A stretch of DNA of 63,742 bases, filler included, from Phoronis australis (lineage: Eukaryota; Animalia; Phoronida), in assembly GCA_002633005.1 (NCBI GenBank). It is 5 parts of 5 records of this genome, joined end to end, with 100 filler letters (N's around TTAATTAATTAA, not from the genome) between each part and the next. Parts side by side here need not be neighbours in the genome. Positions count along the whole stretch, not along the records: positions 1 to 30,148 come from NMRA01000540.1; 4 more parts are not named here. One strand, 5' to 3'. The translations under genes were made by a program, and so were the position numbers. Each line of letters starts with the position of its first letter. Positions within the stretch are counted from its first letter, which is position 1. A model generated the notes under the pieces. The model was not told the origin of the DNA and made no database searches. It worked only from the letters and a program-made list of their open reading frames with translations. Below, one piece after another: positions 13,701 to 28,700 of the stretch.

Positions 13701-16700
13701 CACATTAGTGGAGTTAATGCTGGGGAGGATTAAAACCAACCCATTCGGCACTTTTAATTATTAGTTTTAAAACTGCACATGTCAACTGAAATATATCCAC
13801 ACCTTTAGATCACCATCTGATTTAGCTTTCTCTCTCATTAAGATTTTGCTAACTGATCTTAAAAGGCAAAAACCGGAGAGAGTGGCTGTTACTGAAAGGT
13901 GGTTTGAGCGTCATTCAGACTATTAAGGGACTAATATGGTACTTTATGCAAATATCAACAATTCTCGCAAACTCAACAGGTTAATCACAAGTCGCTCGTA
14001 GACTAACCATATGTGAATGCAACCTACTTTCCCGTAAAAAATCACGAGAGGTCAGGGACAGAGACCAAAAATTTTTATTCGAGCATGACTCGAATGAACA
14101 ATTTTGTGGCATGCTTCCACTAAATGTTCAAATTTCCTGCAACACAATTAATCAGGGCTTAAGTTGAGTCTGGATTAAAGTTTTGGATCCTATGTCCAGG
14201 TCAGTACCGCTGTTACCATGTGAATACAATGCCTGGGTCACACACTGTTACACTGAAGAGTCATGTAAACATTACCAAGTAGATGTCGCACAGTTCGTAA
14301 AGCCAGAAGTTGTAACACGCTGTTGTCGCAGAAGTGAAGTCATAATTTCTAAATCCTTCATCACATAGTAGTACAGCGTTGGACAGCCTGCTTAATATCC
14401 ACATGTCCATGACAGTTTCTCTGCCACACAGCTAAAAATAAAACTTTCAGAACTGAGCATGGTTCGGCAAACCGTAATGGTGCTGAAACCGTGCGTTAAT
14501 AACAAGTTCAATAAACTGAAATCAACGGCATTTTGTACAACAAATTTACCAGAAAAATTATACCACTAATGATTATTTAGAACACTTCAACCACACAATA
14601 CATGTTGCACAATGCAAAGTTAACAGCGGACCTAAAACTATGAGAGCTAGCAAAGGTTATTAGTAAATCCACAACACATGTCAAGCACAACTGAGCTTCA
14701 AAACTGCCACAACATGGAATGAGTAGACGCTCTTGAATAGCGCACAGCCACGGTAAACACCTAAGAGACCACGTTTTGGTAATCTCTTAATTCAGTAATT
14801 CCTTTGTTTTTTTGAGAGGCGTGTTTTAACTTTAATTACTCTTCGTAACAACGCAACTACCATCTAAAAAGAAGCAATGTGTTTCCCCATTTACTTTCAT
14901 TCAGCTATCACAGTGATCGTGGGCAATGGCGAGTCAAAAATATAAACAAAAAAATTACAAATGCACTTTGGGAGCATGCCCTAACTCACCTGGAAAGATT
15001 GGCTGGGCGTGAACTTGTCACTTAGTGCGATCATAGCGAACTTTGTTGCGTTCCACAGCTTGTTGCAGAAATGTCTGTAGCCCTGCACACGGAGTACATC
15101 CAGATTGATGTCACGACCTTCAAAGGGGGAGTAGATCATTACGAAAAAATTTGCACAACTTTTTTTACGTTATTGCATCAGCTGTAGCAATTATTGCTGA
15201 TAATATGTGAAGGGTATTTGTGCAGGGAGTTCCAAGTGTCTCAAAGCGTTCCCTAGGGCCTGTTTCTCCAAGACTTTTAGCTTGAAGTTTTGACTTTACC
15301 CAAAAGTCAGAAATCAGACTACGAATAGCCGAAAGTTGAAACTTTTGTCTTTTGCATTTTTTGAAAGGTTTTGCCTTCTGTTTAGTTGATCAGGCTACAG
15401 ATTTCTGACCTTTGACTTTGAGTTGTAGACTGATTTTTGATTTTCAGATATTATTTCAAAGATATTGTATAAGAGTGGCATTATTTACTATGAACAGTCA
15501 AGGTTCACCACAGTGCATAGTATTCTTAATACATTGCATAATCTATTAACGCTATTCCAGTTCGACTGAATAAGATCCAGGGATTGGCTGGCTTTCTCAA
15601 AATCCAAAATGTCAAAATAAAACGTGATCCATCTCTTAACTTGTCCACACCACAGGGTTTTGTCATCAATGATAATAGTATATAACTACCGTACAAGACA
15701 ATCGGGTCATATTGACAAGGCTTGCTCTCGTGCAATACCTGGTTTGACTTACCTTGAGCAGTGTAGGCACACAGAGCGAACCTGAGAGCATCTGTACCAC
15801 ATTCAGGAATGCCTTGAGGATAGTCTTGTTTCTAGAGAACAACAAGCAACAGTTTAACTTTACGCAAAGGGAAGGCAAAGAAGTAATCAACATAGCATGT
15901 TTCAGTTCACCCTGTAATTATTTCCATCATCGTTAAAAGGTGTTACACATCTTAAACGACTTTAAATCAGACAATCGTCATAAAGTCCAAGTTCCATAGA
16001 AGCGCGTCAGATGAACACTGCAGTCCCAGAATGTGAGGGATCCTGCCGGATCAAGATTCAGGATGATCCGTGCTCGGTTGTCCAATGACCATCAAATCAG
16101 TGGCAATACGGAAGCTACACGAACAAACCCGCAAATTCCCATGATAGTCCATGTATTTGCCATGTTTCCATAGTGTCCGTTTATGTTGACAATTCCTTTG
16201 TACATTGTAACTCAGTGTGATAGTAGCCCCAAAATTCTAACTGTACCAGCGTGTTTTGCGTAGTTGCTGTGTAAGGTTTGGAGGACAGCCGTACTTCACT
16301 CTGTCATTATAATCCTTAACGGTCCTGGTATCTAAAATTCTTCCCCAACTGTCAAGGACTTGCTCGGACAATCAACGCAGAGCTACGTCTGCTGACGCAC
16401 CCTACACGAATCACCACAGGTGTCACTATCTATCATTACAGCTTTGAACTTCTCAAAACTGCTGTGTTGGCCTTCCAGAGCCCCAAGAAGCTTCCTGAAC
16501 ATTCCAGGATCAACACAGATTGCCACAGACCATAATGGCGGCTACACAGTTGAAACATTGAATAGTGCCGGATGTGATTCCAGTTGATCTGACACCAGCA
16601 TGAAATTTGGGCTTAGTGTTCAACACATCAGCCTCTGTCCAAGAAATTTGGGCTTAATGTTCAACAAATCAGCCTCTGTCCAACAGATTAGGGCTTAATG

Positions 16701-19700
16701 TTCAACACATCAGTGTCTGTCCGAGACGTGCAATTCAGCAAAAACTAAAAGCTGGCAAAACCAATGAAGTGCAATAATTTGAAGTTGTTCTACAAATTTA
16801 TGTTTTGAAAAATGCAAACAAAAGACTTTAATTACTAAAAAGTTTCCACTTAGAGACAGGATTATGAAATTTCGCTACAGCTGGAAGATGTGACTTTGAA
16901 GAAACATGTTACACTAGAAAGATTGCCTTCACATTTTATCTCTTAATGCCTGACCTAGCTCCACCCACCTGTCCTTGTTTGGCCTTCTCGATCTCCTTGG
17001 GGTCGAGGTTGCTGTCAATCAGCTGGTCATGCAAACCCTGTAGTGAGATGCCGTGGATCACATCCAGTGGATCTATCACGTTACCCAGGGACTTGCTCAT
17101 CTTTCGACCATGCGCATCACGCACCAAGGCGTGTAGATAGACCTAGTAAGGAAGCACAAGTGAAATGGGGAGATAACTCTCGAGCAAAACATTGGGATTA
17201 TAGACAGAGAAAACAGAGAACTTCTCCTTTGATCGTGGCAGGAGAAGCATTTTTGTGTCCCATAATTTTTCCACTCCATACAACTATAAACTGATGAAGA
17301 GACTGAAACTGAAATTTTAAAGGAAGCTGTGGCTTTCATATATTTCACCCATAAACAGCATCAAGTAAAACAAGAGCTTGATATGCATTGACCATGGACA
17401 TGGCATATAGCACAGACACAAGAAACGATTACTACTTTTAACACCCTCACTATAACATGGAGCAATGTTAAGTAAACTCAAAATACCCACTAGGGGGCGC
17501 ATAGCAAGTCAGCAATGCTCTCCTAAACAGGAACACACCTGCCAAGCCCCTAAAAAATTTAACTGGAACTGGGAGCACAGTCTGGGTAGTCAGATACATC
17601 CAAACGGCATCATCAGTTGCCACGTTCATAGAAATACACTAGCCAAATTTCAAAAAATCCAGCAGGGAGAAACAACTGTGGATGAGAAAAAAGAGAACTG
17701 CCGCTAGGGGCCGCCACAGTGATCAAACTGTACAAAACTTATCAATGCTCTTCCCACTAGCACATATCAGAGTGCTTTGGCCGACAGAGAGGTGGTCGCC
17801 AAAAACAGACTGAGACATAATAAAAACAAACGGCCACCAGGAAGCATACAGTTCGTCAAATCCATTTGAAAATGAAAAGGTGTTATCACTTCTTTAATAG
17901 AAATCTGTTCACCAAATTTCATAAAATTACATTCAGGAGCTCCAAAGATACGGCGGAAAACGGAAAAATAAAATTGCTCGTAAGGGGGCATAGGGGTTGT
18001 TGGATCCACCCAAAAGTCGTCATCACCTGTAGTCACTTTCATATAAATACAAATGCCAAAGATCTTGCAGAGAGGTTAGGAAATACAGACATGGACACAA
18101 AAAAACTGTCACCAGGTATAGCCTCTGTAGTTGAAGCCGTTCGAAAATTATCGTCAACCAACCACTTCCCAGTAGGAACACATCGATCAATTTTCATAAT
18201 CACCCTTACAGTGGCTTGCCCTATAGAGGGGCAGACAGCAAAAAAACGGACTCAAAAACAGAAAAATGGCAACTAGGTGGTGCAAAATACATCGAATCCA
18301 GTTGAAAACGTAAAAGTGGCGTCGTATTCCTAATAGATACCTATTTGCAAAATTTCATGAAAATTCATCCAGGAACACCAAAGATACAGAGGCAGACGGA
18401 AAAAACTAAAATTGACACTGGGGAGCACATCGGTAGTCGGATCTGTTCAAATATTCACTCATGCTATCCCATCCATGAAAGGAACACATCTGCAAAATTT
18501 CATTAACATATGTCAAGGAGTCACAGCAGCGGACGCTGGACGCCGAACGTACGCCGGCCAGACAGAGATGATGGCATAATGTACCCGCACGTAAATATGT
18601 GGGCACATAAAAAGCATAAAAATATTTTTGTGAACCCGTGTGAACACTCAGAGGTTAACTTTGTAATTTTACATGGCTAACATACTACGGAATGAGTGAA
18701 GTTCCTTGAACTTTGTTCGACTTTGGTGTCAAATTAGAACTGTGTAGTTGAGAATGAGAAGACAACACACCTCGGTGAAAGGTAGTTGAGAATGAGAAGA
18801 CAACACACCTCAGTGAAAGGTAGTTGAGAATGAGAAGACAACACACCTCAGTGAAAGGTAGTTGAGAATGAGAAGACAACACACCTCAGTGAAAGGTAGT
18901 TGAGAATGAGAAGACAACACACCTCAGTGAAAGGTAGTTGAGAATGAGAAGACAACACACCTCAGTGAAAGGTAGTTGAGAATGAGAAGACAACACACCT
19001 CAGTGAAAGGTAGTTGAGAATGAGAAGACAACACACCTCAGTGAAAGGTAGTTGAGAATGAGAAGACAACACACCTCAGTGAAAGGTAGTTGAGAATGAG
19101 AAGACAACACACCTCAGTGAAAGGTAGTTGAGAATGAGAAGACAACACACCTCAGTGAAAGGTAGTTGAGAATGAGAAGACAACACACCTCAGTGAAAGG
19201 TAGTTGAGAATGAGAAGACAACACACCTCAGTGAAAGGTAGTTGAGAATGAGAAGACAACACACCTCAGTGAAAGGTAGTTGAGAATGAGAAGACAACAC
19301 ACCTCAGTGAAAGGTAGTTGAGAATGAGAAGACAACACACCTCAGTGAAAGGTAGTTGAGAATGAGAAGACAACACACCTCAGTGAAAGGTAGTTGAGAA
19401 TGAGAAGACAACACACCTCAGTGAAAGGTAGTTGAGAATGAGAAGACAACACACCTCAGTGAAAGGTAGTTGAGAATGAGAAGACAACACACCTCAGTGA
19501 AAGGTAGTTGAGAATGAGAAGACAACACACCTCAGTGAAAGGTAGTTTGCCCATTAGCTTCATGCCAAACATGACCATACGGGCGACCCAGAAGAACAGG
19601 ATGTCATGTCCCGTCTCAAGGAGAGTGCCAGGATAGAAGTACGCCAAGTCCTTGGTCTAAAAAGAAAGAAGACAATATCATGCGAACACAATAACACCAC

Positions 19701-22700
19701 GTAGAGCAAAATATTAAATGCTTTCATCGTTTCTTCAATTTCTCTAGCCGCCGAATATCAAACACGCGGCCTAGTAGCGTAAACAATAAAAGTGGGCGGC
19801 GGATGAATACCTCCGAATAGTGTTTGATTCATGTTCACTGGCTCGAGATCCACGAAGTGAAGCCACAACTTGGTAAGACTAGGAAAAAACGCAGCGGTTT
19901 TGCAGCTGCAAAACCTGATGCTTTTCTGTCACAGGAACGAAAGGGAAGGCGGTGTTGGGTGTCTGTGTGGTTGCTTCGGAGTTTTTCTTGAGATACGGAG
20001 GGGAAGCCAACATCTGGACCTTGTTATTACGTTTTAATAATGAACAAAAATTTCTTGGCAACAAAAACACATATTGCAAAATACAGCAAAACTCAACAAT
20101 TTAAGAGACGAGGGAAATTTCACATTTTTGTTCATAAAGTATAAAGTACCAAAAAGTAAGTAACACAATACTTAAGGGCCTTACCGTAGCAACCAACACA
20201 CAATAGTTTGGAAATTTGTGAGCATTTACAAATAGGTTATTTACTGTTTGAAGCTGAAAATTCCTAGCTGGGCTTTTGAGGGTAATAAAACAATTAGCTT
20301 CACAGCCAGAACTCTAAACCGTTTATTGATCTGTGTCTACTTACACATGCCAACTGGGACAGTGTATGACTAGGAGTGGGGTTCACTGAACTTGAATGCC
20401 AATTCCAAAGGGCAAGTTGCTTATGAAAAACATGCTGTTAACATCCCCTTTAAACCAGATAAAGATCCACTTTGAGAAGTCTTTTGAATTTCTCCAATGT
20501 CACCTGGTGAGCCCACTAGTTTAATCCACAACCCATTACCACCAGTGGGCTGGTCATCAAAATTGTGACTCTATTCACCAGGTCACACAGTAAGGTTAAT
20601 TACTGTTTGCTATCAGATCATATCTAACTGGAAGGCTTGAAAGCATCCAGGCTGTATTTTCCATTTTCTTTTTAGGTAATAATAAGCAATGAAGACCGTA
20701 AAAATCTGAATATAGGAGTAAAAAAGACTATTATAAATTAATTTCAAATTGATTTTTGAATGTTCAAAATTGGTCAAGTAATAGAGATTTTATCAACAAA
20801 AACAGAATCTTAATTTATAATCAACCTGTGCTTGCCTGCTTTGTGTAACGAGTGTTCTTACTACTACAGTACTAAAGAATGAATCAGATTGCTCTCAAAT
20901 TTCCATTGCTCGTCATTCAGTGTGTAGATTAGTTGTTAACAATGAACCCAAGTGTCTATTTTACTTGGAAAGGAAACTGTAAATAAAACAAATTTTTTAA
21001 ACCTCTTTGAACATTTTGTACAAAAGAGTCGTAGCAGATTTCAAAACTAACTACAGATTTTGCTTGGTTGTTTGTAAATGAATGGATTTGCAAAGCAAGG
21101 TGTCGCAATTTGGACAGAGTGGGTGGAGCCACACCACAGGTTACCTGTTCTGGCCAACCAAACACAGAGAAAGGGAAAAGAGCCGAGGAGAACCAGGTGT
21201 CCAACACATCCTCATCTGAAACACAACGCAGATGATGAGGGTGCCACTGTCCAGGCACAAATAGTTAACCAAATTGACAATGCATATAACGAGGGCACTA
21301 CAGTCCTGGCACATCTAGTTAACCAAACTGAGAAGTAGATGGTGAGGCAGTGCCACGTTAGTTAAACTACGCTGCTCTACAATTTGATTTTTAATTTAGT
21401 CATACTCCATTATCTTGATTGACCACTCTGATCCATACAGCATTCATTTCACAGTCCCTTCAAGAGGCACATTTTTCTATTGTGTCTAGCTGCAGTTTGA
21501 CAGTCATACATCCCCAAAAGGAAAACCTCCACTACTCTTATATGAAAAGAACAAGAAACAGCGTAAAGACCAGTGACACACCTTGTCTTAGTGAGATCTT
21601 GTCCACAGCCACCTTAAATCGCTCCGCTGCCTTCTGCTTAGCCTCGTTCTCATCTCGCCCACTCACCCAGTAGTTCCCGTCAGTATCCTGAAGCAGGCAC
21701 CATAAGGTATACTTACTACAAGGACTTCCAAACACACAAAATGTAATAGTCGCTTACAGGTCTGCATTTTGAGAACCAGTTAGCTACAATGACTAACAGG
21801 CAACAAAATGGTTCTCAAAATCCGGAGCCCGTAAGCAGCTATTGCCCACTTCAAGCGTTGTTTCTGCCAATTTACAAAAATTTCACTGCTTTGCAACACA
21901 GATAGGATGGAGGATTGCTCTAAAGTTGAGTACTGAGGAGATAAGAATGGATTCAGCAAGACAGTACAATTTAGGAAATCTTAATCCATAAATGAAACAT
22001 AAACTTTAAGCAAAATGGCTACGATGCAATCTTAGAGAGTTCAGGTGATAACATGCTCTAGCCACTGTTTTGAAAAAGGCTAACAGTATGATCTACCCAT
22101 TCAGTGTGGGCAACTGTGATAGTTACCTCTATATGCAGTTAATGGGACTTCTTGTTAATGAATTATTGACATTCATTGATCGGAATTTCAGAAAATTGAT
22201 GCACTCATGAATTAGGACCATTTTGAATAATTACGTGTGCTAGCTACTCAGGACAGTCTGCACTACGCAGACTTGTTAAAATTACACAAACCACCATATT
22301 GGGGACTACAAAGCTGCAATAGAAATTTACACGGTGATTCTAACAGAGTGTAAATGCTAATTTTTAATGTTACTGTGTGGCAACAAATAAGCCTACTGTT
22401 TATTAATTTATCCCTCATGAAGACAATCAATCACCCACCTTGCCTCCAGGCACATTCTCATCGTCAATAGTGACAAAGTACGCAGGGATACGATGGCCCC
22501 ACCACAGCTGGCGTGATATACACCAGTCTCTGTAAAGCAGACGTGTCAAAATGAAGCAGACGATCAGTGTCATGTCCATCGATTTTACAAACGGACACAG
22601 ATTTTGAACTGAATATGCCACTATGGCGGAGGGAATGTAAAGAGACATTACCATCATGTCATATTTAATCAAAATCCAACAAAACAGATTCAAACTAAAT

Positions 22701-25700
22701 CGGTTAAAAGTTAAACATAGGTCAGAGTAAAGTTAAATATCTCCTTCATTACAGCAATAATTTTAATAATTATGTCTAAATTTTGCTATATGTCACATTC
22801 GTCCCTATGCAAAACTTCCAACTTAATATCCATTACAGTGCTACCTTATCATGACTAATAAGTTCCATCTCAGGATGAAATAGCTTTGGTACAAAAGCAG
22901 CCACAGTTTGGAATAGTTCAGTGTTTCACCAAAGGTGTCATCAAAACTGTATTCATCTTGAAAAAAGTAAAAACTAAAGTCTGTCACTAAAAACCAAATA
23001 ACAGCAAACGTAACAAATAACAGTAGGCAGACTGAACTACAGATACGTCTGCTGCTAAATGACTATCACTCATCGTTTGTACAGTCAACTCTTCCACAAT
23101 ACCTGCAGTTCTCCATCCAAGCAAACCACGTCTTGCAGTGCATCTCCGGAACTATTTTCAGCTCGCCGTTCCTGACCACGTTGACGGCCTTGGCGGCCAT
23201 GTTGGAACAGTCAACATACCACTGAGGCTTCAGCAGCGGCTCAATGATATCTTTGGAGCGACTGTCATGAACAGAAGAACTACATTTGAACTAAGCTTTA
23301 AAATTTTCAAAATAGAAAACATAGAAATTATACCATGATCTAAAATTCTTATGGCATTTATCACATTTTATCACAAGGTCCACTTCACGTCAAAGGTTGG
23401 GTTGAAAGTTACATTAAGCAAAACACTCAAACACAAAATGTGACTGAGACAGTTGTCTGCCAATCCGGTTATGTAAGATTACCATCTAATGATGGGCTCA
23501 AGCCATATCAATTACACTCAGGGAGAAACCCTTGTCAGGCTTCAGTAAATGGAACAGTGTCTGACAGGGCTCAACACTAACAGTTGCCCGATTGCCCGTG
23601 TACAAGTAGATTTTGCGTCGGGCAAGTGGAATTTGAAAAGTACTTGCCCGATGGGCAAGTTAAAAGGCTGGCTGCATAGGCAAGTAGATCCTAAGATTGT
23701 CTGCTCAACATTTGCTCTAAAATAACGAACCCCGACACAAGTCTAAAAACTGTCGAAAAAGCCCCTGTGGCCGTCAAAGAAACTCCCGTTTTCGAATGAG
23801 CACCGAAAGGAAAATAGAACGAGTGTGATGCAGCGAGCACAGATGACGCCCGTGGTCAAATCCTTTCGATTCTCTGAACGTGCCCTGCAGTTTCTGAATA
23901 AGTTGTCACGTGATACTACAGTTCGTCTGCACTCTGGCAAAACGTCCAAACAAGGAAGCCGTCCAGGCCTGTACGGCATTGGTTTAGTTGCTAAAAACGA
24001 GTTCAGGAAGAATCAAAGCAACAATGTGAAACGAAAAGAGTGCGGGAATGGGTTCCGTCATGGGAAATTAGGTTTCCTGGCCTGCGAGACAGTGAACAAG
24101 GGATAACGTGTGATTTTGCCGGCGTTTACCCATGTACAGCTGGAAGTTCGTCGGCGGATTAAGTCATACAGATAAGCGCAAAACCTAAAAAGTGAATGAT
24201 TGACCACATATTTTCTACACTACACAGCAGTTTTAAAGGCCTGGTTTTTATTCAGGTGGAATTCCAAAGGAAATTCTTATGAATTCCCGGCTCCCGGTGG
24301 CGACTCCCGAAAGAAGAGGAATATACGGTCTTCAGGATTGTCGCTCTGAAGGGTGACTTTTTCGCGGTCTATCTATTTTTCAAAAATGTAATTATTTATT
24401 GAAAATAAAAGTATATGTGGCATTATTATAGGTTAAAATTTGATTTTAATTTAATACAAGGTACCGATGACCAAAACTGTGCAAGATTTTTACGGATAGC
24501 AAAAATTCAAATTCAGGTTAAGCAACAACTTAAGTTTAATGCATGAGGGCGTATAAACTAATGAATACACAGAAGTGTCTAGAGTTCATGTCTTAGCTCA
24601 TTTCGGCGCCTGTGAATGTGAGGCAGAGGTTCAGATACCATAGTTACTCTTCTAATTTGTCTCTTCAGTGTTTTGACACACATAAGTAAATGTACTATAA
24701 GAAGAATCGTTAAAAAATAGCAATTCATGTATATAGCATGCACGACACAAGAGGAGGCTTAGCACAGGCAGCCCTGCCGTAACACATTACCTAGGTGAGC
24801 ACATGCACAGTGCTATTTGGGATTGTAATTGGGGCAAGTGAATTTTTTGTTTCAATTACTTGCCCTTCGGTTAATGTTGAGCCCTGTCTGACTGCTGGAA
24901 CAACTTTCCACAGAGCAGTACATGTAAGTTCACACACCAATAGAAAAATACCGTAACTTCATTATTCGAGGGCCAATTTCTGTGCTTCAAAAACGAAACT
25001 TGAGAGTTTTCTGTTGTTGAGACAGATATGAACAAACTTTTAAACACGGAATTTAAATCAAAAACAACCCAAAACAATATTTTAGTAATTTTAAAAGCAG
25101 GCAGCTGTGTGGTTTGTAATCCGCGTTGACAAACCAAATACGCTAAGCATGCTACCGTCTCACAGCACTGTGGATAACTGAGGAAAGTTGGTGTATGTGC
25201 CCAGGAAACCTCGTTGGCCATGGGCAACGGAGAGGCTTTGCGTTTCTTCATCTATGTCTAATGAGGATGTTAAAATGATTCAGATAATCACTTAATGATG
25301 GCAGTTTTAATCAATATTTACCCTCTTTCCTTGCCAGCTAACTCAAGCATTGTGCTATTTTAGTAAGTCAATAAGCCTAACCATTCATTACACTTGGCAA
25401 TTGATGGCATCGGTGCAGTATATCATAGCAACCAAATCAACGTGCGTTACCATTCAAGGTAGACTCAATGCATTCCAGTCAACCTACCTGCAGATGGGCA
25501 CCACCATAGCATTGTCCTGAGTACCCCTGTACAGTCCCAATTCCTCTAGGGCCTTCAACACCAACTTCCTGGCAATGAATCTTGGCTTACCCTGCAAAAA
25601 CAAGCGGGCATGAACACCAACAACAACAACAATAACATCGACAAAACCATCAACAACAACAATATTAACAACATCGTGAACAGGTGTTTTACTTTTATTC

Positions 25701-28700
25701 CATATTCCTAATCATCCAATGAACACTGACTCTGTTGCCAGGCAGTGTTAATGTCCCGGTAGTGTAGTGAGTGCTATCCAGCACATTATGCTTGCACAAC
25801 CGATCAAACTGAAGTTAAAGACTGAGGACAGCTGTGAGCCAACTCAAGCGGAGAGGTCGCCAGCAAGAAGAATGTTTCCGCTTCCAGCAGAAGGCAACAT
25901 ATTTCGCATCAGTAACTCGATCACATTTGTATTACTTCAAGTGACTCTTAACTCCCCTTTAATGGTCACAAATGTCCATTTTTATTTGGACCGCTTACGG
26001 TCTAAGAACGACACACTATCCATAACTCTTTGCAAGACCAAAAATCACTTTTCAAATGAGAAAGAAACTAGTGAAGACTAGTTTTATAGTGGTAAGTAGT
26101 TCAAATCCAAATTTAGTTTCTTGAACGGAACACAGGTTTACTGTTGTTTTAGTATTCCAATGACTTTTTAATTAAACTCATGCAATGACGTTGTCAACAG
26201 GTGGCGTGCGGAACAGACTTAAAATGCAAAACACGACACAACTCTCGGGATTCAACTCCTGCACAAGCTGAGGACAGAGCAAAATAATCTGGCTTCTGCC
26301 AACATTCATTTGTAGGCTTTGAAACAAGGATCACAAAAATATTTCTGACGATCAGTTTGTGTTAAACCTGTTGGTTTTGCTTCAAGTTTAAATACATAGG
26401 AGCTTGTAACATGAAAAGTGAACTTTTAACCCTGACTTCAGCAATTAACATTCGACGTCCTAACTTAGCAACATTTAACCGGAAATAAAACTGTAAATGT
26501 GTGAATCAGTTTGAATGAAAGCTTACAGAAAACTGGCCAAAGTCTTCTGTGATATTTCCGTTGTCGTCGATCATAGTGATGAAGTCCAAGTTATGACGCT
26601 TGCCTACTTCAAAGTCATTATGATCGTGAGCTGGAGTGATCTTGACAGCGCCTGTCGTTGGTAAAAATAAAAACTAATTAATGGGATGACCTAAGTCTTG
26701 ACACCACATGAAATTGGTATGAAAGGCTAATAAATGGCTAGGCACAGTCGCAACAGATAGGCAACCCTGTGTTAATTGGTATGAAAGGCTAATAAATGGC
26801 TAGACACAGTCACAACAGATAGGCAACCCTGTGTTAATTGGTATGAAAGGCTAATAAATGGCTAGACCCAGTCACAACAGATAGGCAACCCTGTGTTAAT
26901 TGTTAATGCCAATGAGATGAGTCACAATCTTAACTGAAGAAAACATGGAGAATCTACGGGGATCTGTTTCATGACAAATAACTTAAGACATCAGACTGAG
27001 ACAGAAAATTGGTCTTACACTCCACACAAATATTTCAGAAAAATAGCTAAATTTCACTCCTGTAAGAGTCCACACTTAACAAGATAATTTTATTATTATT
27101 TTCTAGACTGTGATGCATTCATAATGTTAAACCTTTTTTCAGCATTATGAGGTCTTAAGTCTCACTTTCATGAAACAGCCGGCTGGTACAGAAATACCAC
27201 CTGTCTCAGATAGTTTACATTCAATAAATCAGATTCAACTGCTTCTTAGGGAACTGTGTTGGAAAATGCCAACAATCTCTTCATGTTGAAATTGTGAAAC
27301 CTTTGGATCAAAGCATTTTGGTTTTCATCAAAGTTACTTTTCAAACTTTATAAATTTTCAAATTTATTTAGTGGTCATTTTCATGTAGAGTTCTCCTAGG
27401 TTTTCAACAGAACTTCAATGGAGATAAACGAAACTAGTCAAAAATTGTTGTATCTTCACAAAATTTATGCTGAAAACAAACAAGAAAGCCAGCTGAAAAA
27501 TCACTCTCACTACAATCAAAATTTCATTGACTTTCAATAAAATATTTTGCGGTGTTCGTTTTTGAAAACAACTGTACTCTGAGATATCCCAATGCAACCA
27601 AACAATAGGTCCGCCCTGAAATAGAACTATCACGTCACTCACATTCCAATATATTTACCCAAAATGCAACACACATGTCAAGCACTTCTCCACATGCAAA
27701 TGTGCCAGTCACTTTCTCATACCTTAATTGTTATGGAATTCGTCATTGTAATGCACGCAAACGTGCATTTATTTATCATAATACATATAATGCTGACAAA
27801 CATAATTTGAAAATATCAGGGCTGGATACGCTGCCAAATCAGAAGTGCCGGACACTTTGAAAAGTAGGCCAGCCATCCATTGTATTTTTCTACCTCTTCA
27901 AAAGAAGACAGTTCATCCCAGGACGGACCTATCCGCATTTTTCATACCTGTTCCAAACTCCTTGTCCACAAACTCATCGCACACAATTGGCATCCTCCTT
28001 TTGGTGAAAGGGTGAACTACGTACTTGCCACGCAGGTGGGTGTACCGGCTATCCCCAGGGTGAACGGCTACCGCTGTGTCTCCCAACATTGTCTCAATAC
28101 GAGTTGTAGCGACAACAATCTCCTCATCTGTCAGAAGAAAGATGGGAGAGCAGTGTTGGACAAACTAAATCTCAAACTGAGACACAGAATAGTATACTAC
28201 AAACTCAATTTTGGTTGACCGTAATTTATTATGGATTTTTACATGAATTCATATCCGACATTTCTATGAACTCATATGAATTACCTGATATGAATGGCCG
28301 GCAAGAGTTCACATTAATAGTTGATATAATTTGTCATTCATGTTTCATCATCCACTGTGATTACTAAAATTTCTCAATGCAATGGTAATGATCAAATGTG
28401 TTTGCACAACTGATGCTATGAATAATGGCCAGAAATCAGAGTGATGATAGTTCATCATCAGATTGATGATCGTTTATCAACAAACTGATATGAATTTGTG
28501 TAAGCACAAATTGAAAGTGAGACAGAAAATAGCATTACACGAGTGTGAAATTGAACAGATCAGAAGAGTTCAAAGTAAAACGCGGATCACTTTTGCACAT
28601 TTAAGTGTTTCGTAGTTCAGACTTAAAATTTGCCGAGAAAAAAAATTTGATATTGGCATCAAATACTGCACTAGCTTCTGAGGATTCTAGATTTTGCTTT

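Noticed and set aside
18744-19547. CRISPR-like periodic array (38 bp)
   Set aside because: Units are head-to-tail with no unique spacers, there are no cas genes, and the context is a eukaryotic intron.
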